Part shown: positions 24,804-33,576 of the stretch, piece by piece
Layout: each line of letters opens with the position of its first letter
Position numbering within the stretch: position 1 is the stretch's first letter
Notes under the pieces: generated by a model
Told to the model about the DNA's origin: nothing
The model's input: only the letters and a program-made list of their open reading frames with translations
The model's database searches: none
Translations under genes and position numbers: made by a program
Assembly (NCBI GenBank): GCA_009778255.1
Contig: WRKD01000230.1
Span: forward strand, 1 to 37,297
DNA length: 37,297 bases
Source of the DNA: Bacillota bacterium
Lineage (GTDB): Bacteria > Bacillota > Dehalobacteriia > UBA4068
Direction: 5' to 3'

Positions 24804-27439
24804 TCGCGACTTTACAGAAAAAAGATAATGCCCCCTTTTGGATACATAAGGAAGAAAGCGATGCTTTTTTTGTCTTAGAGGGCACTATTAATATATATCA
24901 TAGCATAATAGGCACTGAGGATCAGCCTACCGGTTCGCGCATTTTCCTTTTTCAAATGCTGGAAGGTGAACTACTTTTTTCTTTAAATCCTTTTGAACGT
25001 GGAGACGGTACCTGCGCAGGATTGCTGGCGGTACCGGCCAGTGATATTGAACTGAATCAAACTCAGATATCTCTATCAGGCAATATGCGTTCTTTTGTAG
25101 AAGAATGGGTTGAAAAATGTTGCTGGCGGCTTGGTTATTCCCGCGAACGGATTGAAGCGGCTTGTCTGGCACTTGACCAAACCGGTATTGAGGGGTTTAA
25201 TGATTCTATCATGCGTCTGCTTGACGAGCAAGTGCAAGAAGAAGCCCGGCAAACAAGAGTTGCTAACCGCCGCCGTTACGCTGGAGAAAATAACTATATG
25301 CAGACCGCTATCAATAACTTACAGTCTGTAGTGCCCAGCGCACAAGAGCAAGGTTCAGTAATTCATACGGAGGACAATCCTTTGATTGCAGCCTGTGCCG
25401 CCGTAGCACAGGAGAACGGCATGGAAATTACAATTCCCAGAGCCATCCGAGAGAAAACGGCCTCCGGCGATGTAGTAGGGGATATCGCATCAGCTTCATG
25501 TTTTAGGACGCGGGAAGTTATACTAAATGGTAAATGGTATCTCCAGGAAGGTGGAAGCTTCCTGGCAAAGCTTGAGGAAAGTGAAGAGCCGGTTGCTCTG
25601 TTACAAAAATCCCCTAAACGATATATTATGTATAATCCCGCCACCAAAGAAAGAACAAAGGTAACAAAAAATAACTATGCCATAATCAACCCAAAGGCCG
25701 TGATGTTCTACCGCAGCCTGCCCGCGCACAGCTTAGGCGGCAAGGATATTATACGCTTTGTGCTAAGAGGCACAGGAAAGACCGACTGGATTTGGATAAT
25801 CGTAATGGGATTATGCGGTGGGCTTCTTGGCATGCTTTCGCCAATCATAACCGGAACAGTCTTTGACACCATTATTCCTGATGGCAACCGTAGCTTGCTT
25901 ATTCAAATAGGGTTCTTAATGGGGGCCATGGCGCTGACTACTTTCGCTTTTGAAATCACCAGGGCTTTCGCCATGCAACGGATATCCGGCGTGGTAGAGC
26001 GAGATTTGCAACCTGCGGTATGGGATAGAATATTAAGCCTGCCGGTAGGCTTTTTTAAAAAATATACTGCCGGTGAACTGATGGAGCGAGCAATGAGCAT
26101 ATCACAAATTCAACAGATACTTTCAGGTGCTGTGGCAAATACTATTATTACCAGCATTTTTTCTGTTTTTTACATTATTGTAATGTTTGTAAAAAGCACC
26201 AGGTTGGCCTGGTACGGTCTGGGGATAGCGGCACTTGCCTTAATTATTTCTCTTTTGCTTGGCTGGCGTCAAATTAAATATGCCAGCAAGCAGATAGATA
26301 TAAATAACAAAATTTCCGGCAGGATGTTCGGCTGGCTTTCCGGGCTGGCAAAAGTTAAAATGTCAGGATCAGAAAAACGTACTTTTTATAATTGGTCAAA
26401 AATGTATAAAGAATCCCGCGAGATCACCTATAAGAAAGGCAGTATCGGCAACTGGTCGGTGGTAAGCAATTCGGTTATTATGTTGATTGCATCAATGATT
26501 ATCTATGCGGTTATGTTTAAGCAAAATGGTATGTTGATCGCCGCCGGCTCATTTATCGCTTTTAATGCGGCCTTGGGGAGTTTAATTCAAGGCGGTGTAC
26601 AGCTTTCACAATCTGTTATAGATGCCAATATTGTGATTCCCCTCTATAAATCAGCTCAACCGATTTTTCAAGCAGTGCCGGAGTATGACGATTTGAAAAG
26701 TGAGGCTCCGCCTTTAACCGGCGAAATTGAACTCAGCCGAATCAATTTTAGCTATGATAAGGGTGGGCCTCAAATCATCAAAGATGTTTCTATACAAATC
26801 CGTAGAGGTGAGCATGTGGCTCTTGTAGGGCCTTCCGGCAGCGGTAAATCCACTTTATTTCGCATCTTAATGGCTTTTGAACAACCGGATAGCGGTGAAA
26901 TTTATTATGATAGAATTAGCCTAAACCAACTAGACATACGTTCAGTACGGCGTCAGCTTGGAGTAGTGTTACAATCCAGTATGCTTATGGCTGGGAGTAT
27001 TTTTGAGAATATCGCCGGCTCTAACCCCAGTATCACGCATGATGATGCCTGGCGGGCGGTTAGGCAGGCAGGTATGGAGGATGACTTGCAGCAAATGCCT
27101 ATGGGTATACACACCATGATTTCTGAAGGCGCCAGTACACTCTCCGGCGGACAGAGACAACGGTTGCTGATTGCACGGGCGCTGGTAGGCAACCCCAAGA
27201 TATTATTTTTTGACGAGGCGACAAGTGCCCTTGATAACAAGACGCAAAAAATTATTAGCGATAGTATTAACCAGCTCAAGGCTACCCGTATTACTATTGC
27301 GCATCGCTTGAGTACCGTACAGGACTGTGACCGCATCATTGTTTTAGAAAGCGGCAGGGTTACAGAAGAAGGCACTTATGCTGAGCTTATAAAGTTAAAC
27401 GGGACTTTTGCAGCAATGGCAAGACGGCAAATGGCATAG
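24800..27439 (+). CDS. Second ABC exporter subunit with cNMP-binding-like N-domain and no peptidase, NHLM ABC2 type (TIGR03797-like)
   Basis: The N-terminus PFWIHKEESDAFFVLEGTINIYH...RIFLFQMLEGELLFSL resembles a cyclic-nucleotide-binding-like beta-roll. A TMD follows, then the NBD (GPSGSGKST, LSGGQRQR, ILFFDEATSALD). The GTG start overlaps the ABC1 stop (GTGTGA). Confidence 0.85.
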   Translation: MIATLQKKDNAPFWIHKEESDAFFVLEGTINIYHSIIGTEDQPTGSRIFLFQMLEGELLFSLNPFERGDGTCAGLLAVPASDIELNQTQISLSGNMRSFVEEWVEKCCWRLGYSRERIEAACLALDQTGIEGFNDSIMRLLDEQVQEEARQTRVANRRRYAGENNYMQTAINNLQSVVPSAQEQGSVIHTEDNPLIAACAAVAQENGMEITIPRAIREKTASGDVVGDIASASCFRTREVILNGKWYLQEGGSFLAKLEESEEPVALLQKSPKRYIMYNPATKERTKVTKNNYAIINPKAVMFYRSLPAHSLGGKDIIRFVLRGTGKTDWIWIIVMGLCGGLLGMLSPIITGTVFDTIIPDGNRSLLIQIGFLMGAMALTTFAFEITRAFAMQRISGVVERDLQPAVWDRILSLPVGFFKKYTAGELMERAMSISQIQQILSGAVANTIITSIFSVFYIIVMFVKSTRLAWYGLGIAALALIISLLLGWRQIKYASKQIDINNKISGRMFGWLSGLAKVKMSGSEKRTFYNWSKMYKESREITYKKGSIGNWSVVSNSVIMLIASMIIYAVMFKQNGMLIAAGSFIAFNAALGSLIQGGVQLSQSVIDANIVIPLYKSAQPIFQAVPEYDDLKSEAPPLTGEIELSRINFSYDKGGPQIIKDVSIQIRRGEHVALVGPSGSGKSTLFRILMAFEQPDSGEIYYDRISLNQLDIRSVRRQLGVVLQSSMLMAGSIFENIAGSNPSITHDDAWRAVRQAGMEDDLQQMPMGIHTMISEGASTLSGGQRQRLLIARALVGNPKILFFDEATSALDNKTQKIISDSINQLKATRITIAHRLSTVQDCDRIIVLESGRVTEEGTYAELIKLNGTFAAMARRQMA

Positions 27440-27464
27440 TAGTATTATATTTTAGGTGGCAGAT

Positions 27465-28427
27465 ATGGAATTAGAGTTTATAGCCGAAAACCGCTTTACC
27501 AAATTTCCTATGGAAGAAAACTTGCAGGAAGAAGTTTTCGCCAGCGACTGGGAGTTACTGCTTAGCCGTCATACCAGGGAACCTTGGGAGATTCTTCGTG
27601 AGATGTTTGTTGAGCTGAGTTTTCCTATCGGAAGCGGCCAGAGTAAAAACCCCGAACTTTTAGTGGCGTTGAAGCGCGGCATACTTCCCTCGTATCCTCA
27701 AGGGGCATGGAAACCTATCGCACCTGCGGGGATTATGGTATATCTTCATCCAACACCGGCAGGCCGTCTTCCGGTTATTGAATGTGAAGCTGACACTGAT
27801 TTTATACGCTTGCTACAAAGCCTTGCCTATCGCTGTGATTCTCGCCCCGTGCCAAAATCCCGAGGGGCAACTATCATCAAAAACTACAATAACTGGGCGA
27901 GAATCAATATGCATCGCAACAGCTCAACAGATGGCATCCCCAAAGACCCGGCACTATACCGAGACTGTATCGCATTGCTCTCCCACCGATATTACAGCGG
28001 TGTAACTCCAGAAGTATTTGGGCTTAAGAGTGATGAATGGCGAAAAAAATCCCTTGTTCTGCGACGCGAGCATGAAGTAGCCCATTACATGACACAACGT
28101 CTTTATCATTCTGCAAAAAATGAGATACATGATGAGATAATTGCGGATTTCATGGGACTTACCGCAGCTTTTGGCGATTATGATCCGGACAAATTCCTCA
28201 CTTTTTTAGGCCTGGAGAATTATCCGGATTATCGCGCGGGCGGCAGATTAGAAATTTATCTGCCTACAAATGATAAAAATTTTAGCTTGCTATGTGAAAT
28301 CCTGCCACAAGCAGCAAAAAACATAGCTGCTTATTATTATAATACAGACGGCGACCGAATAAGAGTATTCCATGCGCTGTGCCGCACCTCAATGGCAGAC
28401 ATAGTAAGGGGGAAACTGCATGAATAA
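27465..28427 (+). CDS. Soluble protein with HExxH motif (putative zinc metallopeptidase-like; family not recognised)
   Basis: REHEVAHYMTQRLYHSAKNEIHDE contains HEVAH plus downstream Glu/His/Asp candidates. No TM segments or signal peptide. The ATG at 27465 follows AGGTGG. The 3' end overlaps the sigma-factor start by 8 nt. Confidence 0.55.
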   Translation: MELEFIAENRFTKFPMEENLQEEVFASDWELLLSRHTREPWEILREMFVELSFPIGSGQSKNPELLVALKRGILPSYPQGAWKPIAPAGIMVYLHPTPAGRLPVIECEADTDFIRLLQSLAYRCDSRPVPKSRGATIIKNYNNWARINMHRNSSTDGIPKDPALYRDCIALLSHRYYSGVTPEVFGLKSDEWRKKSLVLRREHEVAHYMTQRLYHSAKNEIHDEIIADFMGLTAAFGDYDPDKFLTFLGLENYPDYRAGGRLEIYLPTNDKNFSLLCEILPQAAKNIAAYYYNTDGDRIRVFHALCRTSMADIVRGKLHE

Positions 28428-28959
28428 GATTGTTTTGCATCCAGCGTCAATAGAAGTAGAGTTTGAGGAACTGTATAAAAAACAATTTTCCTCCGTTTAC
28501 AACTACATATATTTTCACATAGGTGATGCTATGGATGCGGAAGATTTGACAGCAGATATATTCGTACGCGCTTATAAATATTGGAAAAGTTATTCTAATA
28601 GCAAAGGAAGCCAAGGCGAATGGCTTGGCGGCATTGCCAGAAACACGCTCAAGACTTATTTTAAAATAAAAGCATGTAAACCTCAAGTAAGCCAATTATC
28701 CGAATTTATAGCCGCAGATATTTGTATAGAAGATTGTTATCTACACAAAGAAGAATTGCTGCAAGTATTAGCGCAAATTAAGGCGTTACCAGAACTCCAA
28801 CGGGAACTTTTGAGCATGAAATACCTGTTGCGTCTTACAAATAGGGAAATCGCAAAGACTACTGGGATGAGCGAGAGTAATGTAGGTGTGGTACTACACA
28901 GGTCAATTAAAAAAATACAAAAAAACAGCAAGAATACATTATATAAATATTATGAATAA
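28420..28959 (+). CDS. ECF-type sigma-70 family RNA polymerase sigma factor
   Basis: 179 aa with only regions 2 and 4: FEELYKKQFSSVYNYIYFHIGDAMDAEDLTADIFVRAYKYW and WLGGIARNTLKTYF for region 2, LPELQRELLSMKYLLRLTNREIAKTTGMSESNVGVVLHRSIKKI for region 4. Confidence 0.85.
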   Translation: MNKIVLHPASIEVEFEELYKKQFSSVYNYIYFHIGDAMDAEDLTADIFVRAYKYWKSYSNSKGSQGEWLGGIARNTLKTYFKIKACKPQVSQLSEFIAADICIEDCYLHKEELLQVLAQIKALPELQRELLSMKYLLRLTNREIAKTTGMSESNVGVVLHRSIKKIQKNSKNTLYKYYE

Positions 28960-28976
28960 ATATGGGAGTGGTGATA

Positions 28977-29276
28977 ATGCTTATCAACAAAATACAGGAA
29001 AACGGAAAACTTATTCTCGCCCTTGATGGTAAATTAGACACAAACACCTCATCGCAGCTTCAGCAAGTATTAATTCTCGCATTTGATGATGTAAAAGAAA
29101 TTGTACTGGATTTTAAGAATCTGGCCTATACATCGTCGGCAGGATTGCGTGTTCTGTTGCTGGGGCAGAAAACGGCAATAGCTAAAAAAGCATCCATGAC
29201 GCTTTGCAATGTTTCGGAAGAGATTATGGAAGTGTTTGATATGACCGGTTTTTCTGACATGCTGACCATTTTGTAA
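28977..29276 (+). CDS. STAS-domain anti-sigma-factor antagonist (SpoIIAA/RsbV-like), copy 1
   Basis: LILALDGKLDTNTSSQLQQ...LDFKNLAYTSSAGLRVLL...MTLCNVSEEIMEVFDMTGFSDML. It has the conserved phosphorylatable Ser context (SSAG). The ATG at 28977 lies 8 nt after GGAG. It is a 99-aa paralogue of the 35627..35926 product. Confidence 0.85.
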   Translation: MLINKIQENGKLILALDGKLDTNTSSQLQQVLILAFDDVKEIVLDFKNLAYTSSAGLRVLLLGQKTAIAKKASMTLCNVSEEIMEVFDMTGFSDMLTIL

Positions 29277-29295
29277 TTTGGAGGGTTGAGAGAAT

Positions 29296-32200
29296 ATGCG
29301 CAGCTTATCAAAATCTCAGAAAAACATATATTTGAATGATCTTAGTGGTGCAAAATTACCGGTAAACACACTACATACAACATTACAGTTTTTGGAAAAA
29401 ACTGATGATCTGCTACTTGAAAAAGCTGTGAACTTTGTTATATTAAACAATGATATTTTTAAAATACGAATTATTGATCAAGGCGGCGAACCGTTTCAAG
29501 ATTTTTGCGCTGAAATAAAAGAATGCAACATTGATAGCACTCTTTATTCCGATGAAGAGCTTTCTGTAATTTTTTTACAAAGAAAGACCCAGAAGTTTGA
29601 TGTTTATAAAACACTTTATGATTTCACGCTTTACCGAAAAAAAAATGGACTATGTGTGTTAAGTATAGTCACTCATCATATAATCGTTGACGGCTATGGC
29701 ATGGGGGTTCTTTGCGATGATATCCTGAGGGTTTACTGTTTATTACTTGAAGGAAGGATCCTAGTGGCCGAAACCTTGCCTTTTGCGGATTCTTTGCAAG
29801 TTACTGAAATAGATTATGAAGAAAACAAAGCCTTCTGGAACAGATATTTTGATGGTTTTGATATTGGCGGCAAACCTTTTGCCACTAAAAACGATTCTTT
29901 AATTGCTTCCGTTTTTAAGGGAGCAATAGAAAGCACCACCATCATGAAGTATTGCGCAAAGCATTCTCTTACTCCATATACCGTTTTTACAGCAGCATTA
30001 GGAATATACTTGATGAATATCTACGGGACAGACGAAACAGTTGTGATAATCCCGCGCATGAACAGAAGCCTGAATGAACGAAAAACAATCGGTTGTTTTG
30101 TGCTGCCCGTTCCTATAAGATTTAAAAAAACTGACAGTTTTGCGGCTTTATGTGAGCAGATCAGTCGTGAAGGCAAGGTTGTTAGCGCTCATAAAAAATA
30201 TGATTTCAGCCAAATAATTGAGGATTTTAAAAGAAAATTCAACACCGAAAGTCCAATTTCTGAGTTTACACTAAATTTTCAACTGAAAGACACCATAAGT
30301 AAAATCAAAACAAAAATGAATTTTAGCGCTTGCGGCGCTATGCGCAATCTTATAACGTTGAATATCAGCAATTATGAAGGTGATAATGTTTATGATATAA
30401 CCTATGACTACCGTAGTGATATATTAGATGAAAAGTATATGGCCTTCTTTCATAACGCATTGAAATGGATTATTAAACAGGGTGTATCCGGAACGCCTGT
30501 TAGCAAAATCAAAATTATACCAGATGCGGAGCTTGAGTATCTTAAAAACGAATTTAGAGGAGAAACGGTTTATTATAACAATCATGAAACCATTATCTCG
30601 CTATTCGAAAAAACAGTGAGTACAACGCCTTATGCCCCCGCTGTTTTTACCCGTGATAGAGAAGTACCTTTGACTTTTTCCGAATTAGACAATCTTTCCC
30701 ATAAAATCGCTGTTTCCTTACGAAAGAAAGGTGCGGAAAAAGGATCGCTTGTTGGCTTTTTGCTTGAAAGAAATTACACCCTTCTACCCACAATTCTTGG
30801 AATACTTAAGGCGGGTTGCGGATTTTTGCCCCTTGATATTAATTACCCCAAAGGGAGAATTGATTATATAATAAGCGACAGTAAAGCAAAATTTATTATT
30901 TCCGCCCCAAAGATAGCGCAAAAATTCGCAATCGATTATATTGATGTAAATGAGCTTTTGCTCGGAGGAATAAATGGATCCGTTCATGTAAAAGTAAATC
31001 AAGATGATTTGGCATATTGCATTTACACATCAGGAACAACCGGCCAGCCGAAAGGAGCTTTACTTGCCCATAAGGGCATAGTAAATATCACTCATCCCCT
31101 AAACAACCCATTCAACAAAGCTGTATGCGCAGTTGGTACAGGTATTGTCGCGATTGGTTCAATATGCTTCGACATATCTCTTTTTGAAATTTTAGTGTTT
31201 TTGCTGAACGGTAAGTTTGTGGCTATTGCTAATGATGATGAACTTGCAAATGGTGAAGCAATTGCGGAATTATTTTATAAAACGGGCGCAAACGCGCTCC
31301 ATTGCACACCCTCAAGGTTGCATAATTACCTTTTAGGCAGTTTATTTACGGATGTTTTAAAAACACAAATTAAGATAATTCTTTCTGCAGGCGAGGTACT
31401 GCCTTCTCATCTTGCCGCTATGATAATTGATTATAATATAAAAATATACAATGGCTACGGCCCCACAGAAACTACTATAGGCGCAACCATTACTGAAGCG
31501 GGTGATCGCGAAACCATTGGAAAGCCCATAGCCAACACGGCTGTTTATATAGTGGATGCAAAAAAAACGCTCCTGCCATTCGGTGTTACAGGTGAAATTG
31601 CTATAGCAGGTGATGGCGTTGGGCTTGGGTATATGGGAAATGATAAGCTTACAGCAGAAAAATTTACTGTAATAAACAACGAAAGGGTATATCTTACCGG
31701 AGATTTAGGACATTTTACCTCTGATGGGCAGCTTAAATATATGACAAGAAACGACAGCCAGGTGAAATTACGTGGATATAGAATAGAACTTGCTGAAATT
31801 GAACAATGCGCGCTGCAATGCCAAGGCGTTGAGAATTGCGCAGTGATTATGAAGAAAATAAACGACATAAATTATTTGATATTATATTATAGCGGTATAG
31901 AAGCAGTAAGCGAAAAACTTAAGGAGCATCTTAGAAAGTTTTTATCCTATTATATGGTGCCTCAAGTGGTCGTAAGATTGTCTTTTTTACCGACTAATAT
32001 CAATGGTAAAACTGACCGCGCGGCTTTGCTAAAGCTCTCTGTAGCGATGAAAAATGAATATGCGCCTCCATCTACAAAAGAAGAGAAGATACTTTGTAAA
32101 GCCTTTGAAATAGCGCTTTCTTTACCGAGAGTAGGGATAAATGACAATTTTTTTGAAATCGGCGGTACCTCCTTGTCGGCGGTAAAAATGATGATGTATG

Positions 32201-33483
32201 CCAACAAGTACGATCTTAGTGTAGAGTATTCAACTATATTTAAGTATCCTACACCGCATTTACTTGCAGAAAATATGCTAGAAAGCAAGATTCAAAATTA
32301 TTTATTACCGTTGGTTACCGCCAATGAAAAGGAATTTGAAAAAATAGACGAGCTCCTACAACAAAAACATAATGAGAATTTTTCGATCTCAGCTCTTTGC
32401 AATGTACTGGTTACGGGTGCAACAGGGTTTTTGGGGAGTCATATAATAAAATATCTTTTAGGCGATAGCTGCACAGGTAAAATATACTGCCTTGTGCGGG
32501 CTAAAGGAAAACTTACTCCGGAAAAACGATTGAAAACAACCCTTTTTTATTACTTTAATGATTTTTTTGAGGAACAATTTGCCAGAAAAATAAAGGTTAT
32601 TGGGGGAGATATGAGCCAAGATAACCTTTTTGCAAGCATTCCGTATGAAATAAACACCGCAATAAATTGCGCGGCCAATGTTGCCCATTTTGCCTATGGA
32701 GACGCACTGGAGTCGGTGAATATAAAAGCGGTGGAAAACTTGATCGATTTTTGCACAATAAAAAATGCTGAGCTTATCCATATCTCTACCATAAGCGTGG
32801 CAGGTCATACAATAAAGGACAATATTAATGACACTGTATATTCGGAACATGACTTATACAAAGGCCAGATCATTTCCAACGAATATATCTACAGTAAATT
32901 CGCTGCTGAATTTCTGGTGCTAAAAGCCAAGACAAAGGGGCTGAAAGTAAAAGTTATTCGGGTGGGTAACTTGCAGGGGAGAATGGACGACGGAGAATTT
33001 CAAATAAATTTGCAAAAAAACGCTTTTATGCGGAGTATTAAAGCATATGCAGCAATTGGAGGAGCGCCCGACGCCTTCAAAAATAATTCGGTAAACATTA
33101 CGCCGGTTGATGAAGCGGCAAAAGCCATACTATTACTTTCCGGGCTTCCCAACTGCTTCACGGTTTTTCATGTAATGAATGCCGTACCCGTTTCATACGA
33201 TCAGATATTTTTCATGTTTTCTACAATCGGAAAAGAAATCCACTATATGAAAAATGAGGAATTTGAAGAACTTATAGACCAACTCTACAAAGATAACGCT
33301 CAAAGTAGAAAAGTAGAAGGGCTGTTTCTTGAAAAAAGCGACATTCGGCTAAGAGAAATACCTATAAAGTCTGACTTTACGGTCAGAACTTTAAAAAATC
33401 TAAATTTCCAATTTAAGACAATAGAAAAAGACTACATAGAGAAATATTTATGCATGTTAAATGGTTTGGGTTTTTTCGATTAG
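29296..33483 (+). CDS. Single-module nonribosomal peptide synthetase, C-A-T-R (condensation, adenylation, thiolation, terminal reductase)
   Basis: C domain: LSKSQKNIYLND and HHIIVDGYG (HHxxxDG). A domain: LAYCIYTSGTTGQPKG, FDIS, NGYGPTETT, GEIAIAGDGVGLGYMG, YLTGDLG, LRGYRIELAEIE, NGKTDR. T domain: FFEIGGTSLSAV. R domain: VLVTGATGFLGSHI and YIYSK (YxxxK). My hand alignment to GrsA-PheA from memory gives a tentative specificity code D-I-F-H-L-A-G-I-G-K, which I cannot assign to a substrate. Confidence 0.9.
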   Translation: MRSLSKSQKNIYLNDLSGAKLPVNTLHTTLQFLEKTDDLLLEKAVNFVILNNDIFKIRIIDQGGEPFQDFCAEIKECNIDSTLYSDEELSVIFLQRKTQKFDVYKTLYDFTLYRKKNGLCVLSIVTHHIIVDGYGMGVLCDDILRVYCLLLEGRILVAETLPFADSLQVTEIDYEENKAFWNRYFDGFDIGGKPFATKNDSLIASVFKGAIESTTIMKYCAKHSLTPYTVFTAALGIYLMNIYGTDETVVIIPRMNRSLNERKTIGCFVLPVPIRFKKTDSFAALCEQISREGKVVSAHKKYDFSQIIEDFKRKFNTESPISEFTLNFQLKDTISKIKTKMNFSACGAMRNLITLNISNYEGDNVYDITYDYRSDILDEKYMAFFHNALKWIIKQGVSGTPVSKIKIIPDAELEYLKNEFRGETVYYNNHETIISLFEKTVSTTPYAPAVFTRDREVPLTFSELDNLSHKIAVSLRKKGAEKGSLVGFLLERNYTLLPTILGILKAGCGFLPLDINYPKGRIDYIISDSKAKFIISAPKIAQKFAIDYIDVNELLLGGINGSVHVKVNQDDLAYCIYTSGTTGQPKGALLAHKGIVNITHPLNNPFNKAVCAVGTGIVAIGSICFDISLFEILVFLLNGKFVAIANDDELANGEAIAELFYKTGANALHCTPSRLHNYLLGSLFTDVLKTQIKIILSAGEVLPSHLAAMIIDYNIKIYNGYGPTETTIGATITEAGDRETIGKPIANTAVYIVDAKKTLLPFGVTGEIAIAGDGVGLGYMGNDKLTAEKFTVINNERVYLTGDLGHFTSDGQLKYMTRNDSQVKLRGYRIELAEIEQCALQCQGVENCAVIMKKINDINYLILYYSGIEAVSEKLKEHLRKFLSYYMVPQVVVRLSFLPTNINGKTDRAALLKLSVAMKNEYAPPSTKEEKILCKAFEIALSLPRVGINDNFFEIGGTSLSAVKMMMYANKYDLSVEYSTIFKYPTPHLLAENMLESKIQNYLLPLVTANEKEFEKIDELLQQKHNENFSISALCNVLVTGATGFLGSHIIKYLLGDSCTGKIYCLVRAKGKLTPEKRLKTTLFYYFNDFFEEQFARKIKVIGGDMSQDNLFASIPYEINTAINCAANVAHFAYGDALESVNIKAVENLIDFCTIKNAELIHISTISVAGHTIKDNINDTVYSEHDLYKGQIISNEYIYSKFAAEFLVLKAKTKGLKVKVIRVGNLQGRMDDGEFQINLQKNAFMRSIKAYAAIGGAPDAFKNNSVNITPVDEAAKAILLLSGLPNCFTVFHVMNAVPVSYDQIFFMFSTIGKEIHYMKNEEFEELIDQLYKDNAQSRKVEGLFLEKSDIRLREIPIKSDFTVRTLKNLNFQFKTIEKDYIEKYLCMLNGLGFFD

Positions 33484-33576
33484 TCATGCAGCAAGTATTC
33501 TCACAAACATAGAGCAAAAGACACAGCGCACTTTAGGTTTTATCCTGTTTAATGCCCTTGGCAGAAAGGAATTTTT

